From Amoebophrya sp. A120 (Eukaryota > Protista > Dinoflagellata), in NCBI GenBank assembly GCA_905178155.1, contig CAJINV010000006.1, positions 3,098,437-3,162,436 of the forward strand: a stretch of 64,000 nucleotides of DNA, read 5' to 3'. Made by a program: the position numbers and the translations under genes. The notes under the pieces are model-generated. The model did no database searches, was not told the origin of the DNA, and saw nothing but the letters and a program-made list of their open reading frames with translations. Positions 11,301-23,822 of the stretch are shown one piece after another. Position 1 is the first letter of the stretch. Each line of letters starts with the position of its first letter.

Positions 11301-14300
11301 TGTCGAGGAGATAGACGTAGAGGCAGAGCAAATAGTACCTCCTCCCGCAGGAGCCGCGCCCGACGTAATCGAAAAATTTGGGCGGAAGGTGCTTTTCGGC
11401 GAAATCTACGAAAAAACGGCACTGCAGTACCACTGTGAGGCGGTGGACGACTTGTGCTTTAAACTCCTGTACGACATTATGCCTGCGTCAACTTACCCAA
11501 ACTCAACTTACCCAAAAATTTAACTAACCACTTTAATTAGCTACTTAGAGTCCGAACCTACTATCCGGCGCCGCTCAGTCTACACTTACTAGTTGAGGTA
11601 AATAGCTATTTCGAAAAGGACGTTTTCCGGCGTGTGTAGAAGGCGCAACCTCCGCTACCAACGATCACGGATCCCCTCCCCAACGATGCTGTGTCTCATG
11701 ATAAAACTCCTTCGAGTTGATGCTATCAAATCAGATTATATTGCTTTTGCATGGGGCATAGCATCGGGGAAGCAGTATACTTTTAGGCATGGACCAGGGG
11801 GATGAGTGATCCCCCTCCCCGATGCTAGGTTTTGGATTGACAAAAAATCACCCTACCAACGTGATTAGACAAAAAAGATGCCTCGGATTTTTTTCAATTC
11901 AATGGCATAAATGATAGAATATCTCAATACCTGTCGCATGCTATCACTTCGTGTATAAATCCAGCCAAGGTATGAAGCTTGTGAATGGTGTCGCAACGCG
12001 GTGGCAACGCAGCTCAGCCTCCGCGATCGTTGGCAGCGGAAGGGAATCCGTGATCGTTGGTAGCGGAGGTTGCGGGTTCTACACACGCGTGAAAACGGTC
12101 TTAATTAGCTATATGAAGTTCTATCTAGCTAACCATAGCTACTACTTTTAGGCATTACAAATCAGCATGCTTTCTAGCTATGAAAAATCGCTAATAAAGT
12201 TTTTGGGTAAGTTGAGTTTGGGTAAGTTGACGCAGTCATAGACATCCAATTATCAGAGTGCATAACGACCCCCATCCAAAAATGTTGAGAGGCATGAGCA
12301 GCAACACAAGCCACGGCAGAAATGTGGCTTCCGCATGACAAATCATTGTGCGTAGTCCTGTTTAAGGTGATTCCAAATAAATTTGCCATGCAGAAAGTGC
12401 AAAGAGGCAGCAACTGGACTTGGTATTTTGCATTACAAATGAGGCGAAGGGGGACGAGTTGTGCACTTTCATACCACTTTGACGTGTACGCCAAGGGGGT
12501 CGTGGCGGGGGACACGTTTTACCTCCGGGACGTGGCCAAGATGAAAGACCAGGAGGAAGACGATGAAGAAACCTCCAAAAGCGCTGGGGCGAAAACTAAT
12601 GATGTCGTAGAAGTGGTTGATGCGTGGTACATGCGGGCGGAGGTGAATGCATTGGAGCGGAAAAGGAAGGAGAGGCTGGCGCGCAGGCACGGTGACACGG
12701 AGCAGGGTTATCGGTTTGATGAGAAACTGGATGGTAATAGAGCCGACACAAACGGCGACGACGAGGTGTCAACTGGTAATATTTTTAACCAGACGAACAC
12801 CGGAGCAGCGTCCTCTCCCTCAAAGTTGACTCAACAGCCAATCAGCCCGGTCCGCTTTGATCCGAATGTGAAATCCGCCTTGATAAATGCCGGCTTGTTG
12901 GAGAACGATACACCAGCAAACGAAGCGCAAGACTCCTCGCAGCAGGTCAACCTCGGCAGTGTTGGTACGAAGCTGTTTCTCTACGATTTGCGGGCCGGGG
13001 GCGAGGTTTTTTTCACGCGGAGGCTGTGCGAACGCAGTTTGATCAAACACTTATTGAAGCACGGGAGGCAGGTGCGGCGTCGAAATACTTCTTCTACTGC
13101 AACCGTGCTCGGGAAAACCAAATCCAAAGGTGGAGCTGCAAAAAAATCATGGTCGCCGTCGCGAAGAGACCAAGTGGAGGATTATGAGCTTATCCTGGAG
13201 CGAACCCCGGTGGGAGATACGAATCGCGGGTACAAGTACAGAACGAGAGAGATTCTTCGGGATAGGAACATCGCGCAAGACGATGAAGATTCAATGATTT
13301 CTAGCAGCGAAGAAGAAAATCCGGGGATGCTGCCGGGAAGAAACCCGGCTGAATTTCTCCGTAACGATAGCGATGCAACGACCTCATCGGGTGCAGATGA
13401 TTTCACGTCATTAAGCGACGAGGACGGAGATGAGAGTGAAGAGGAAATAAAGCGGCGGGCTTCGAACTCTAAGAACACAAGTCCACTAGCGGCTTCTGCG
13501 AAAGAAGACCTGCTGAAGGCGAAGCGGGGAAAGGTGGTAAAGAAAAGCAAAATTCAACTGGATTTGCGCAACAACACGGCCAACATCCGACTGCCGCCGC
13601 CCGCGATGTTGACCACCTCTTTAGCTTCGAGGAGCGGAACGAAGCAAGACCCTAACCTCGGTCGTGCGAATTCATCTTTTGGTAGTACAACTCTCAGCAA
13701 CAGCACGCGCATCGCAAGTTTCCTCGCCCGCCTACCAACGACTTCCACTGCCGACGTTTTCCAATTGGAAAACTACTCCGGCTTTCTCCCCCGACACTTT
13801 GCGGACAACTTCGCTACCAGCAGGCTGGGTTATGAAAGTGCACAACTCCTCCTATCCCTCATACATTTGTATTGCATGAACAGCGATACAAGCGTCAGCA
13901 GGAATACAGATTTTGCATGACAAATTTGGACAGGAGTGTAGTCGTGGTATTTGGTCTACAAGAACTTGTCAGGCAAACAGTGCCAAGTAGAGCCAAGGCG
14001 TAAACTAGGCACTTTGCATGACAAATGAGGGAGTTGTGCACTGTCATACGGGTCTGGCGGACTTCTTCGAGATCGCGGATAAAAGAGATGATCATGCGAT
14101 GGGGAGAGCGAGCGATTTCGGAAGAAGTAGATCAACACCTGGAGCCATGCAGAACAAAAGAACAAAAAGGCCAAAAGTGCACGACCGAAGGGACTTGATC
14201 ACGATCAGCTTCTTTCAGCAGCACCTCCCCACTGCTCCCTCTGACTTGCTCAAGCAGAAAAACTTCGAGAACAAATATGAACTGCAAAAGTATCATACTA

Positions 14301-17300
14301 GCATAAAATGCATTACAGATTTTCTCCGCATGAAAAATAAAATTTGTGATGCGGATTTAATTTCAGAAACAAATTTGTAATGCATGACGTGGCCTGGGTA
14401 CGCACATACGACTCGGTGCGCCAAATCGTATGTGGGGCGTTACAATTTTCGCGCTTTTTTCATTGAGAAAACCCGCCAAAAAGCAGCACCGAGCCCGGTG
14501 CGGTTTGTAATGTATGGCAGCACCGAGCCCGCCAAAAAATATCTTTTTGCTTACCTACGAAATTAGTATTGTAGCGGCGCGCCTTCACAATACATTTTGG
14601 CGCACCGAGGCGGCGCGCAAAAACTTCGTTGGGCAGCGCCCGCCTTTGAAACATTATGCGCCTTCGCTGTGTACTTGCTTCTGTCATTCCTCGCGCCCGC
14701 ATGATGTACGCCCGCGCGCGCCTTTGCCCATCGCGTGCGCGACGCGCCGCGCAAGTCGGTGGCCCCAGACTAGTGTCGCACGCCTGTCCCTGGTGACGCG
14801 GGCGCCTTCGCCTGCTGTGTTTTTTATTTTGCCCTCGACGAACGCGGGCCAAGGTCCGGGCTTTGTTTTTCTACCCGCCAGCAAGGCCCGCGCGCGTGGT
14901 CTCGCGACTTAGCCGACGGGCCCCCCCCCGCCCCCCCCCCTGTGTTCGGCCCGTCTGCTGCTTCGTTCGTGACTACAAGTTGGCGTACCGAGGCCGTCGG
15001 CCTCGGTGCACCGAGGCGGCCATTCCGAAAAATTGGCATTTTTGGCCTCGGTGCGCCATTTCGTATGCCCGTCCTAAAAAAACTTCTTCTAGCCTCGGTG
15101 CGCCAATTTGTAGTGGCGTCCCGAGGCCACGACACTACCGAGGCGACGTCATGCATGATTGCAATTACTACGAGTGCGATACTTTTGCACAGGATAACAA
15201 AAAGGCGGAGACGAAATTGAGACGCATTTTGGACGTTCTGAAGGATACGCGGGAGCATATCCTGTGCAAAAGTAATATCGCACTCGTAGTAATTATTGCA
15301 GTCCTGCATATACAAAATTTTTTCTTAAGGTAAATCAACTGCATGACAGATTTTATTTCTCATGCTGAGGAAATTTGCAGTGCATTTATACGAGTACAAT
15401 ACAACTTTTGCAATGCATAGAGCAGTACGGGGAGCAAATGGACGAGGAGCTGGATCACGTAGCTGTTGCGGACAAGGAGCTCTTGATTCAAGCCCGCCAC
15501 CAAGCGGAGGAAAACGCGATGGCGTTTATCAAGTGCAAATATGTCTGGGTCGGGAAAGGTACAGCGAATTTGTGTTGCTGGGTCTTGCATGCCAAAACTA
15601 TCTCTTGTACGGCTTTCACGCATCACAAATTTTTCGGATGGAGGTACTAGTGGGAGCTCAACCGTGTTTCGCATGACAAACTGGCTTCCAACAGCACGAC
15701 AAAAAAGCTGGGCCATCGCAGGCATGCATTACAGATCTTGTTGTCCTCCGAGTTTCGCATCACAAATCCAGGCCCAGACATCTTTGCAATGCATAGCGTT
15801 TATTCGCAGGCAAAATCTCGAGTACCTCGCGGCCTTGCAGGAGTCCGAAGAAAGGCTGATCAAGTATGGCGTTCTCAACTGTTACATGGATTTGTCATGC
15901 AAGAATGGGAAAAGTGAAAGGGGGGAGGTTGCGTCTGTAGCATTACAAATTCCGAACAGATTTGGGCGCTGTTTAGCCATTCGCAAATTTGTCATGCGAA
16001 GCAGCTTGATCGCGTGGATCTTGATGCTCATTTTGCATGACAAATCATGTAACAGTTGATAATGTAACGTTTGAGAACGCCATATCAAGCAAGCAGAAAA
16101 GGAAGAACGGGAACGGGAACGAAAGCAAAAAGAGCTGGAAGAGTTGCGGAGGAAGCAGGCGGAGCTTGTGTATTCGGAGCAACGACCCCACCTGGTCGAC
16201 ACAACGGAGCAGGCTGTGATGCTGAATCAGGACGAGAAGGAGGAAATGTTGAAGAAAAACAGACGGCTCCAGGAGCTGCAAAAGAGCGACAAGCTGTTTC
16301 CCTATCAACTGTCCTATTTGAGCAAGCTACCCGCGGACCAGCGGGCGATGTACGGGCTCGTGGAGTACAATTACGAAGTGGATAAAGAAGTAGAACCTCC
16401 TTCTCCTCCTGCTGCGCATGGTGGGGAAGAACATCATCAAGCCTCCCCACCCCCCTTCACATTAAATTTCACAGAATGCTTCCCAATAGTCACGATCGAA
16501 CGCTTCAAAGACAAGGACACGGAGGAGAAGTTTTTGAAAAAGTACAAACTAGCGGTAGGCGATCTTCTACTCGCGATTTGCGGGGACAGAATCACGAACG
16601 TGGTGAAGTGGGAAGGTAACACGATCGAAGAAGCGGTGCAGAAGAAGCTCGTAGAAAAGGGGAAAAAGCAAATCATTGAAAAAAGGGAGTTGAAAGACCC
16701 AAAAGACCCAAAATCACGGACAATTACAGTGAAGAAAGAGGTAATATACGCCCCGATGGTTTTTTTACGGAAGAAGTACGCGGAAAAATTTATTTCGATC
16801 AAAGCGTGCGAGAAGGTGGACGTCATCAATTCCATGGACAAAACGACCACTTCTTATGGCGTGAAGATCCAGCGGAAGAAGGTTATGCAATGCAAAAGTC
16901 TACTACTATCGTTATCGTACAGCTACTAGAAATTGCATAACAATTTTTTTATTTTGGTAGGAAGTAGAAAAGTCGAATTTGTGATGCGGATTTAGTTTGG
17001 TAAAGATGTTTGTCATGCGCGAATGCCATTTCTATGAGTGCTCCTGCGTTAGTAGTACTTTTGCAAAGGATAAAAGTCCGGGCGGTGCAGAAGAACAACT
17101 GGTTTGACAAAAGAGGTCTCGTTATCTATCCATCGTAAAAACGCCCCCACCTCCCCAGAGTCAAGATGGGAATCCTGCAACACAGATCCAGAAGTTTTGG
17201 GAGTCACGCATGACAAGTTTTTCTCTGTTGTACTGTAACGCGGGTTAGCAAGGACAGCCGCATCACAAAGCCATCCTGGTATTCTGTTTCCAGCATCACA

Positions 17301-20300
17301 ACTTGCATAAGACGATAAATTTGCCGCTCTCTCGTGGGGACGCGCATTACAAGTTTTCCTGTGATTGTGAATTTTGCATGACAAGAACTCTGGGGTGGGG
17401 ACGTCGACGTCTTTACACAGGATATTATCGGAGATGAAATCATGGGCATCGACGAGAATTTTTCCGGCATATCAAATGCAAATATGTCTGGGTCTGGAAA
17501 CTTGTGATGCTAAAATGTGCATGATGGAAACACTTCCGAATGCAGACCAGGATGACAACTTTCCGGAGCACTTTCTCATAGGGAGCCGCACACATTTTTG
17601 CATGACAAAAATGGGTGCGGCTTTTGTCGGTTATGCAATACAGATTTCCCAGGAATGTAAAGCTAGCATTACAAGTTCCAACTTTCCAGACCCAGACATT
17701 TTTGCATTTGATACGGCACGAAGATCGATGACTTTTTCAAGGAAAAACTGGAAAAGTACCGGGGGAAGGTGAAGTGCTTTTTGATTGCGAGGTTATCAAA
17801 AGTAAAAATGTCTGGGTCTGGAAACTTGTGATGCTGGGTGGCGTCTCATGATGAGGCTACAGATGCTGGCTCAGCATGGCAAGTTTCTGAGCTCCTAGGT
17901 GTTGCCTATTCTGCATGACAAACTGCGCTTCTGCATCACAGAAAAACGGATTTCTTGGGTAACGTGCATGACAGATTTAAGAGTCATGCCAGACAAGCAT
18001 GACAAACATGAATTCTTCCAGACCCAGACATTTTTACAGTTGATAGAGGTCGAAGGGAAGTGATTTTTTCCAGACGGGGACGAGCAAATTTGCGGTGGAT
18101 GTCAGTTATGCTCTGCAAAAGTATCTTACTCGTATCAATTGCATCCATGCATGACAAACATCTTTCCCAACCTGAATCAGCATTACAAATTCCACTTGAT
18201 GTGTTCTGGGCAAAACTTGTAAATGCACTCTATACTAGCGCGATACTTTATTCCCTTTTGCGATGCATATCAGTCGCCCGCTGCCGGAAAAATGGCTGGA
18301 GAAGGCACTGGCGAAGCCGGTGATCGGAGACGTTGGGAAGGAAGATAGTACCGCAGCAGGCAACATCAAAGACGGAGGTGCTAGTACTGCAGTTCTTCCC
18401 ATTGGTGGCGCAGCGACAGCGACCAATGCTGCTGGCGCCGGGGGAACTACAGGGGGCGCCGACGGAGATGCGAATGCAAAACAGGATACGAAACAAAATC
18501 CTGCTGCAACTACCGCTGGGCCACCACCTGCTGTCCTCCCAGATTTCAACATCAACCCTGCGGCTGCTGCGGCGAAAGCAGCCAAAGCAGGGAAAGCTTC
18601 TTCAAAAAAGGCTGGTACGACGAAAATAAGGAAGTCCCCCACTATATCAAATGTAAAAATGTCTGGGTCTGGAAGATTCTGAGACTTGCGATGCAAGTTT
18701 TGCATGACCCATGATGTCTGTGATGCATGCCCTAGCATCAGAGATTTTTTGCGACCTTCTTGATGCCTATTCCGCATGGCAAATGCCCTCTTCCCGTAGC
18801 AAAAATTATACTCCGTTTGCTGCTCATGCAACACAAATTAATTTTTTAGACATCCAAATGCAGCATCAGAAGTTGCATTCTTCCAGACCCAGACACTTTT
18901 GCATTTGATATACTACAGGTGGTTCCACTTCTCCGAAGTCCAAGTCGAGACCAAGAAGGAAAGCGATAGCAAATGCAAAAATGTATGGGTCTGGAAGGAT
19001 GCGAACTTGTGATGCATACTTGGATCACACAAAAATCTGTCATGCTTAGACAGCAAAGGGAGCTCCTTTTCCTGTCGGCGAGAGAAGGCGTTTGTCATGC
19101 GGATTAAGCAATGGGAAACCGTCTCCAAACCTGTGATGCTAGGCCTTGCATGGCACACCTTCCGTGTCAAGCAGACACAGCATCACAAACCTCAGCAATC
19201 TTCCAGACCCAGACACTTTTGCATTTGATAAACGACCAGTGCAGGCGACTCTCCTGCTTCTCCCAGATCCCCCTCCACTTCTTCCCCGGCGAAAAAGAAA
19301 AAAAGTCCAGGTAGTAGTACTAGCGGGAAAAAGAAAATCAAGATGAAAGCCGGAGACGCAGCAGGAGTATCGGCCGCCCCTGCAGGTCCTCCGGTTAATA
19401 CTGCGAAAGCTGCCGCGCTGTTCTTTCCAGAGTATAATGAATCTGCGGCCGACGACGGAGAGGGTGCGGAACAAGACGTAGTGCCGTACTTCGGAGGTAC
19501 AGGTACAGCTACAGGAGGAGGAGCGCCGCATCTTGCTGATAGTACAGCAGGCTTAGTGGATGGAGCTACAACTGCTGCCCCGACCAACGTCGTGTCGCTC
19601 GGTACAACACATGATGGTAGAAGTACTACAGCTGGCATCGGGCAGCCAGATTTCGCAGTTCCGACCTTCGGCGTCAGTACCGCAGGATCAACCTTCCAAT
19701 CTGAATCCGCACTAGTTGTACCCCCCATCGTGGACAACGAAACTAATCTTCCTCCCCAGGTGGAGATGAACTACACCCTCGCCGGCTCTTATGGAGAGAA
19801 AAAAGTTTGTCACAGTCACTAACTTGCAGGTTTTGCATTACAAATTTTCACAGCATCACAAACTTTCCTTGTATTGCAGAAACACTAGGGAAATCCCTAA
19901 TAAAATTTGGCTGTGATGCATTTTTACGCATGACAAACAATTTTGTATTGCAAGAATGCGCATTAGTGATCGTGACGAACTTTTTTTCTTGGATAGCTCT
20001 GTGTCGAACGCCATAGACCTCCGCCAGCGGCTGCAAAGGCAACCAGCTGGAGGCCCCGGGCTACTTCAGGAGAGGTACGACGAGGGGACAGCGGAAGAGC
20101 TGAATTTGGGTGTGGCTGCGGCCGGATATGATGGTTACAACAACCTGCCCCCGACAACCGGTGTAGCTGGAGTACCCCCTGCTATAGTCGCCGCGCCAAC
20201 TACTGCAGCTATGAATTATTCGGCCGCGGGCGACCAATTGAGCGATCCTTCGTTGTTGATGCTGGCTCAACAGGAGGCGGGCATGGGAGTTGTAAAAGCA

Positions 20301-22134
20301 GGGGGAAATACTCCTTTGGAACAAGGACTACAACAGTATCAGCAATTTTACGCTGCTGGTGCAGCTGCTCCCGCAACACTTTATGGTAACTACACAACAA
20401 CCGACGCGCAGACAGCACCACCGGGCGCCGCCGCGCTGGACCACAATGATCAGGACGGAAACTATGCCTACCAGTATGTTGACCCAGGAACAAATATTAA
20501 CCTCGTCCCGGCATCAGCAGGAGGTGCAGTAACTAACCCAGCGTGGGCCCAGTACAACAACAACCAAAAGCCCGATCCGGTAGAACATTTGACCATTCTA
20601 AACGACGAGTTGGAGTTGAATCTCATTCCTGCCCAGCTCCCACAAGACGAACTACTACTGGAAAAGAAGTACGAGCAGAAGCAGCAGCTCCTCTACGACT
20701 TGATGTTGTTGAAGAGTGCGACGAATGGGTTCTTAACGGAGGCGAGGTTTCTGAATCTGCAGTACCGCCGGAAAATGCTATCGGTTTTGAAAGAAGAGGA
20801 AGATGCCATGATGGGAATCGTTTTGAATGCGAACAAGAAATTTAAGCTTTACGAGCGGGAGCGGGAAGAGGAGATAGAAAAGGAAAAGCTGAAATTGGAG
20901 GAGCAATTGCTGCAAGAGAAGACAAAATTGGAACTGCTTTTGAAGGAAAGGACTGATATTGAGGAGAAAAGGCACAGGGCGGGGGAAGAGAACCTCGGCG
21001 ATAGTTCATTGGGGCGAGGTTCCAATAACAAAAACAATTCAAATTCGGAAGTCTTAAGAACGAGGCAACAAGAGGAGGAAAATGCGAATCTGGATTCCGA
21101 ACTGAAAGAGGAGTTTGAAAGAGTGAAGCAGGAGCAGGAAGCGATTTCACAGGTGGAGCAGAAATATCCACTGCAAAAGTAACTCACTAGTAGGTAGAAA
21201 TCGGAATCGCATCACAAATCAAAAATTTTTTGAGTGGCATGACAAATCAATGGAATTTGTAATGCTGCTTAGCGCACAAAGATGAATCAGTCCTGCATGA
21301 CTGCCATCACAACTACCAGCGCGGAGGCGGAGGCGCTTTTGCAATGCATGAGAAGATTCGGGAACGAATCTTCAGCTTGTCGGAGCAGCAGATAGAATTA
21401 CTTGGGAAGGAGAAAGCGTTGGGAGATAAAGTTCCGACCAATATCATCCCACCTCGAAACGCCAAGACCGGAGCAACCGCTTCTGGCGGTGCGGGGGAAG
21501 ATGAGGATGACCGGGAAGTGGATGGTGAACGTAGTGCGTTTGGTTCACCTCGCTCCCGCTCCCCAACGTCACGGTTAATATGGATTGCAAATTATATAAT
21601 GTCTGGGTCTGGAAACTTGTAATGCTAAAAGTGAATCATGGTAGACGCACCACGAAGGAAGATACGCAGCTGCGCATGACAAATTTTCTGGCTGCCATGT
21701 CTTACGTAAATCGCATGGCAAGCTGCGTTTTTGCACGACAGGTAAGAAGGCTTTTGCGTGCCTATGCAACACAGATTCTCGAGTCATGCCAGACAAGCAT
21801 GACAAACTTGCATTCTTCCAGACCCAGACATTTTTGCATTTGATAGTTAAAATCGTTCCACCAATCTGGTATCGGCACGACCAATGACGATGAGATCGCG
21901 TATTGGGTGAAAAAGGCCCGGGAAAGGTTTCCGCTTCTTCTCTACGGTGCGGGGAAGCGGACGGAGCTGTCGACCGGAGGACTGCATCGGGGAGGGAAAA
22001 ACAAAAAGCGTCTTGGTGTTGCTCATGATGCTGGAAACGCGACGCAAGAACGCGTCGCTTCAATGCTGGCGTTCAAGGATAGTCCGCGGTATGTGGACAA
22101 AAATCACAGGATCTGGAAAGAGATAAACGAGTAG
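8372..22134 (+). CDS. Large protein, ~2244 aa, split by 24 introners; YPWE repeats, two PDZ-like segments, coiled coils
   Basis: All 24 junctions are in frame after removing element plus one TSD (13763-7028=6735 nt=2245 codons). LAVGDLLLAICG and LVIGDEIMGID resemble the PDZ GD-hydrophobic motif. True start may lie upstream. Confidence 0.8.
8750..9012. mobile_element. Introner family A
   Basis: TIR TATCAAATGCAAAAATGTCTGGGTCTGGAAG; TSD CCGCA. Confidence 0.92.
9067..9386. mobile_element. Introner family D (diverged)
   Basis: TSD CACGA; frame restored. Confidence 0.85.
9572..9805. mobile_element. Introner family C
   Basis: TSD CCCGA/CCCCA. Confidence 0.88.
9843..10153. mobile_element. Introner family E
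   Basis: ~40-bp TIR TATGGATGTGTCAG..GAAATCG.CAAAGTTGAAATA; TSD TGCGA. Confidence 0.9.
10429..10706. mobile_element. Degenerate family A introner
   Basis: Decayed TIR; AACCA/ACTCA; frame restored. Confidence 0.65.
10776..11010. mobile_element. Introner family F
   Basis: TIR TATGG..(TCTCAACTGTTACA)x2; TSD AATAG/AAAAG. Confidence 0.88.
11116..11271. mobile_element. Introner family B
   Basis: TSD GAGGC. Confidence 0.92.
11478..12240. mobile_element. Introner family G, 763 bp, with an inner inverted repeat
   Basis: 40-bp TIR TATGCCTGCGTCAACTTACCCAAACTCAACTTACCCAAAA; TSD GACAT. Confidence 0.92.
12251..12473. mobile_element. Introner family H
   Basis: TIR TAT.A.AGTGCA.AAC; TSD CCAAT/CCACT. Confidence 0.85.
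13831..14048. mobile_element. Introner family H
   Basis: TIR TATGAAAGTGCACAACTCC; TSD TGGGT/CGGGT. Confidence 0.9.
14276..15196. mobile_element. Introner family B with nested insert
   Basis: TSD ACAAA. Confidence 0.9.
14386..15150. mobile_element. Nested GC-rich TIR element
   Basis: TIR GACGTGGCCTGGGTA / TACCGAGGCGACGTC; (A)TGCA(T) duplicated; internal GCACCGAG repeats. Confidence 0.85.
15258..15419. mobile_element. Introner family B (reverse orientation)
   Basis: TSD GAGCA. Confidence 0.9.
15527..15795. mobile_element. Introner family A
   Basis: TSD GCGTT. Confidence 0.88.
15865..16084. mobile_element. Introner family F
   Basis: TSD TCAAG. Confidence 0.9.
16884..17072. mobile_element. 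Introner family B
   Basis: TSD AAGGT/AAAGT. Confidence 0.85.
17127..17424. mobile_element. Introner family D
   Basis: TSD TTATC. Confidence 0.88.
17470..17713. mobile_element. Introner family A
   Basis: TSD CGGCA. Confidence 0.92.
17794..18045. mobile_element. Introner family A (252-bp subfamily)
   Basis: TSD GAGGT. Confidence 0.92.
18107..18269. mobile_element. Introner family B
   Basis: TSD TCAGT. Confidence 0.88.
18645..18910. mobile_element. Introner family A
   Basis: TSD CACTA/TACTA. Confidence 0.9.
18967..19230. mobile_element. Introner family A (TAG left end)
   Basis: TSD AGCGA/AACGA. Confidence 0.88.
19790..19995. mobile_element. Introner family C
   Basis: TSD GCTCT. Confidence 0.88.
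21165..21350. mobile_element. Introner family B
   Basis: TSD AGAAA/AGAAG. Confidence 0.82.
21579..21845. mobile_element. Introner family A
   Basis: TSD GTTAA. Confidence 0.9.
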
Positions 22135-23822
22135 TAGAACGAAGCCTCCTGCTGCTGCCTGACCAGGCCCTAGTTGTTAATTGTGCATTTTTTGCACGTT
22201 GTTGTAGAGGCGGCCTCATCGACCACAACATGTTGCCCGTAGTTCATCCTACTATAGAAAAAGACACAGTTCTGCGAATTTTGTTTGTTGGTAAAAACAA
22301 CTACCAAGCAGATCAATATTTTCAAGTTCGTCCTCCCTGTGTGTCGCGATGTGGGGCGGCGCGGTGATGTTCTTGTTGCTTGCTGGTTGACACACAGACA
22401 GATCGTGTTCGTGGACGCTCAGAGTTTGATTTTGCATAGTATGTAGTGAGGTCACCGAACGGTTCTAGCCAGGGAGTTTTTTTGCCACCTACCGTGAAAA
22501 ACGACCGGCAGTTTTCAAGCGGCCGGAAGCGTTTTTTGACATAAAATAAAAATTTTCAATTATCAAGCGGGCGGGGCTTTGCCATCAAACAAGCCCGGTC
22601 GAAAACTATCGACTCGCACTTGATAAAACGACGCAGGGGAGCCAGCAAAAGGGGCGCCCTTCTGAGGCACCCACCGCCTTGGCTTCTGGCGATTTGGGGC
22701 GGTCAAAAAGGGGCGCGCAAAAAACGCGCCCAAAATCAGAACAGCGAAACAGCATGGCATGGCCGCGATTTCGGAGCATTTTGGGCGGCCGCGAAAGCGG
22801 CCGCCTTTTCGCCGGTTTCAGAGCCTGGGAAGCTTTGCAAAAAGCGCCGGCGTGAAAAATAAAAACGCGAAAAAGAAAAAGCGCCCCCGACGCGCAAAGC
22901 CAATCCGCATGCTATGGGCCCGATTTTTCTTCGCTTTTTGGGCGCCCCCCGTGGCAACCGGATCGGCCCCATAGCATGGGGGCTGGCTTTCGGAAAGGAA
23001 TTCCAGGGATTTGCTAAAATTTGCGACGTTTATCGAGCGGCCGCCATACCGTGCGGCCTAACGTTACTCACGCCGGTATGGCGAGCCCAGAAAAAGCAAA
23101 GCCGCGGCCAAGGCGGCGGCCGGCAAGAAAACGCCCACGACCTCACTACCTCCGCCCCGGCGGCTATATTTGGTGCCGTAAACTTAAAGAGAGAGCTCCA
23201 CTTCTATAAGTGAAAAAAAGAATTCTCAACGCAAAAAAAAAATTTTACTGACGATCATCGAAGCAAGTGCAAGACCGAAAGATGAGCCCCAGACACTCAC
23301 ACTGGTGAAAAGATCCCATGACTCATTGACTGTTTTTTTCTTCCGATCAAAGGCGATTTGCGATGAACGTTGACTTTTTAAGAACCTCATCCGTCGCGAC
23401 GAGCTTCTCTTTTATTTCACCACCTCTTGTACTGCTGCTGTGGTAGTTCTCGGAAAATAAATCCACCGCGGCACTAAAAATCCGCGGCGCTATAATTTGT
23501 GATGCGAGTACATGTGATGTTGTACGTAGAAGTCCAAGTCCAAGCCCTACCCTCATCTTGGAATATCTTGGTTCTTGATCATCTTGATGATCATTTCTAC
23601 CGTCGAACTCGAAGGAACTTTGAGTCAAACTTTAGTATTAGTTTGAAGTTCTAGAAGGTGAGTTCTCTTGCTGTTGTGGTACAACTACTGCTACATACGT
23701 AGCGGCCCCCGTAGAAGTTGGATACAAATACAAGAAGTGGCAGTGTGTTTCTCTTTAGATCTTGATCAACAGCGGCAGTACAATAAGCAAGGCGCGCGTC
23801 TTCAACAACTACACGAAAAATC

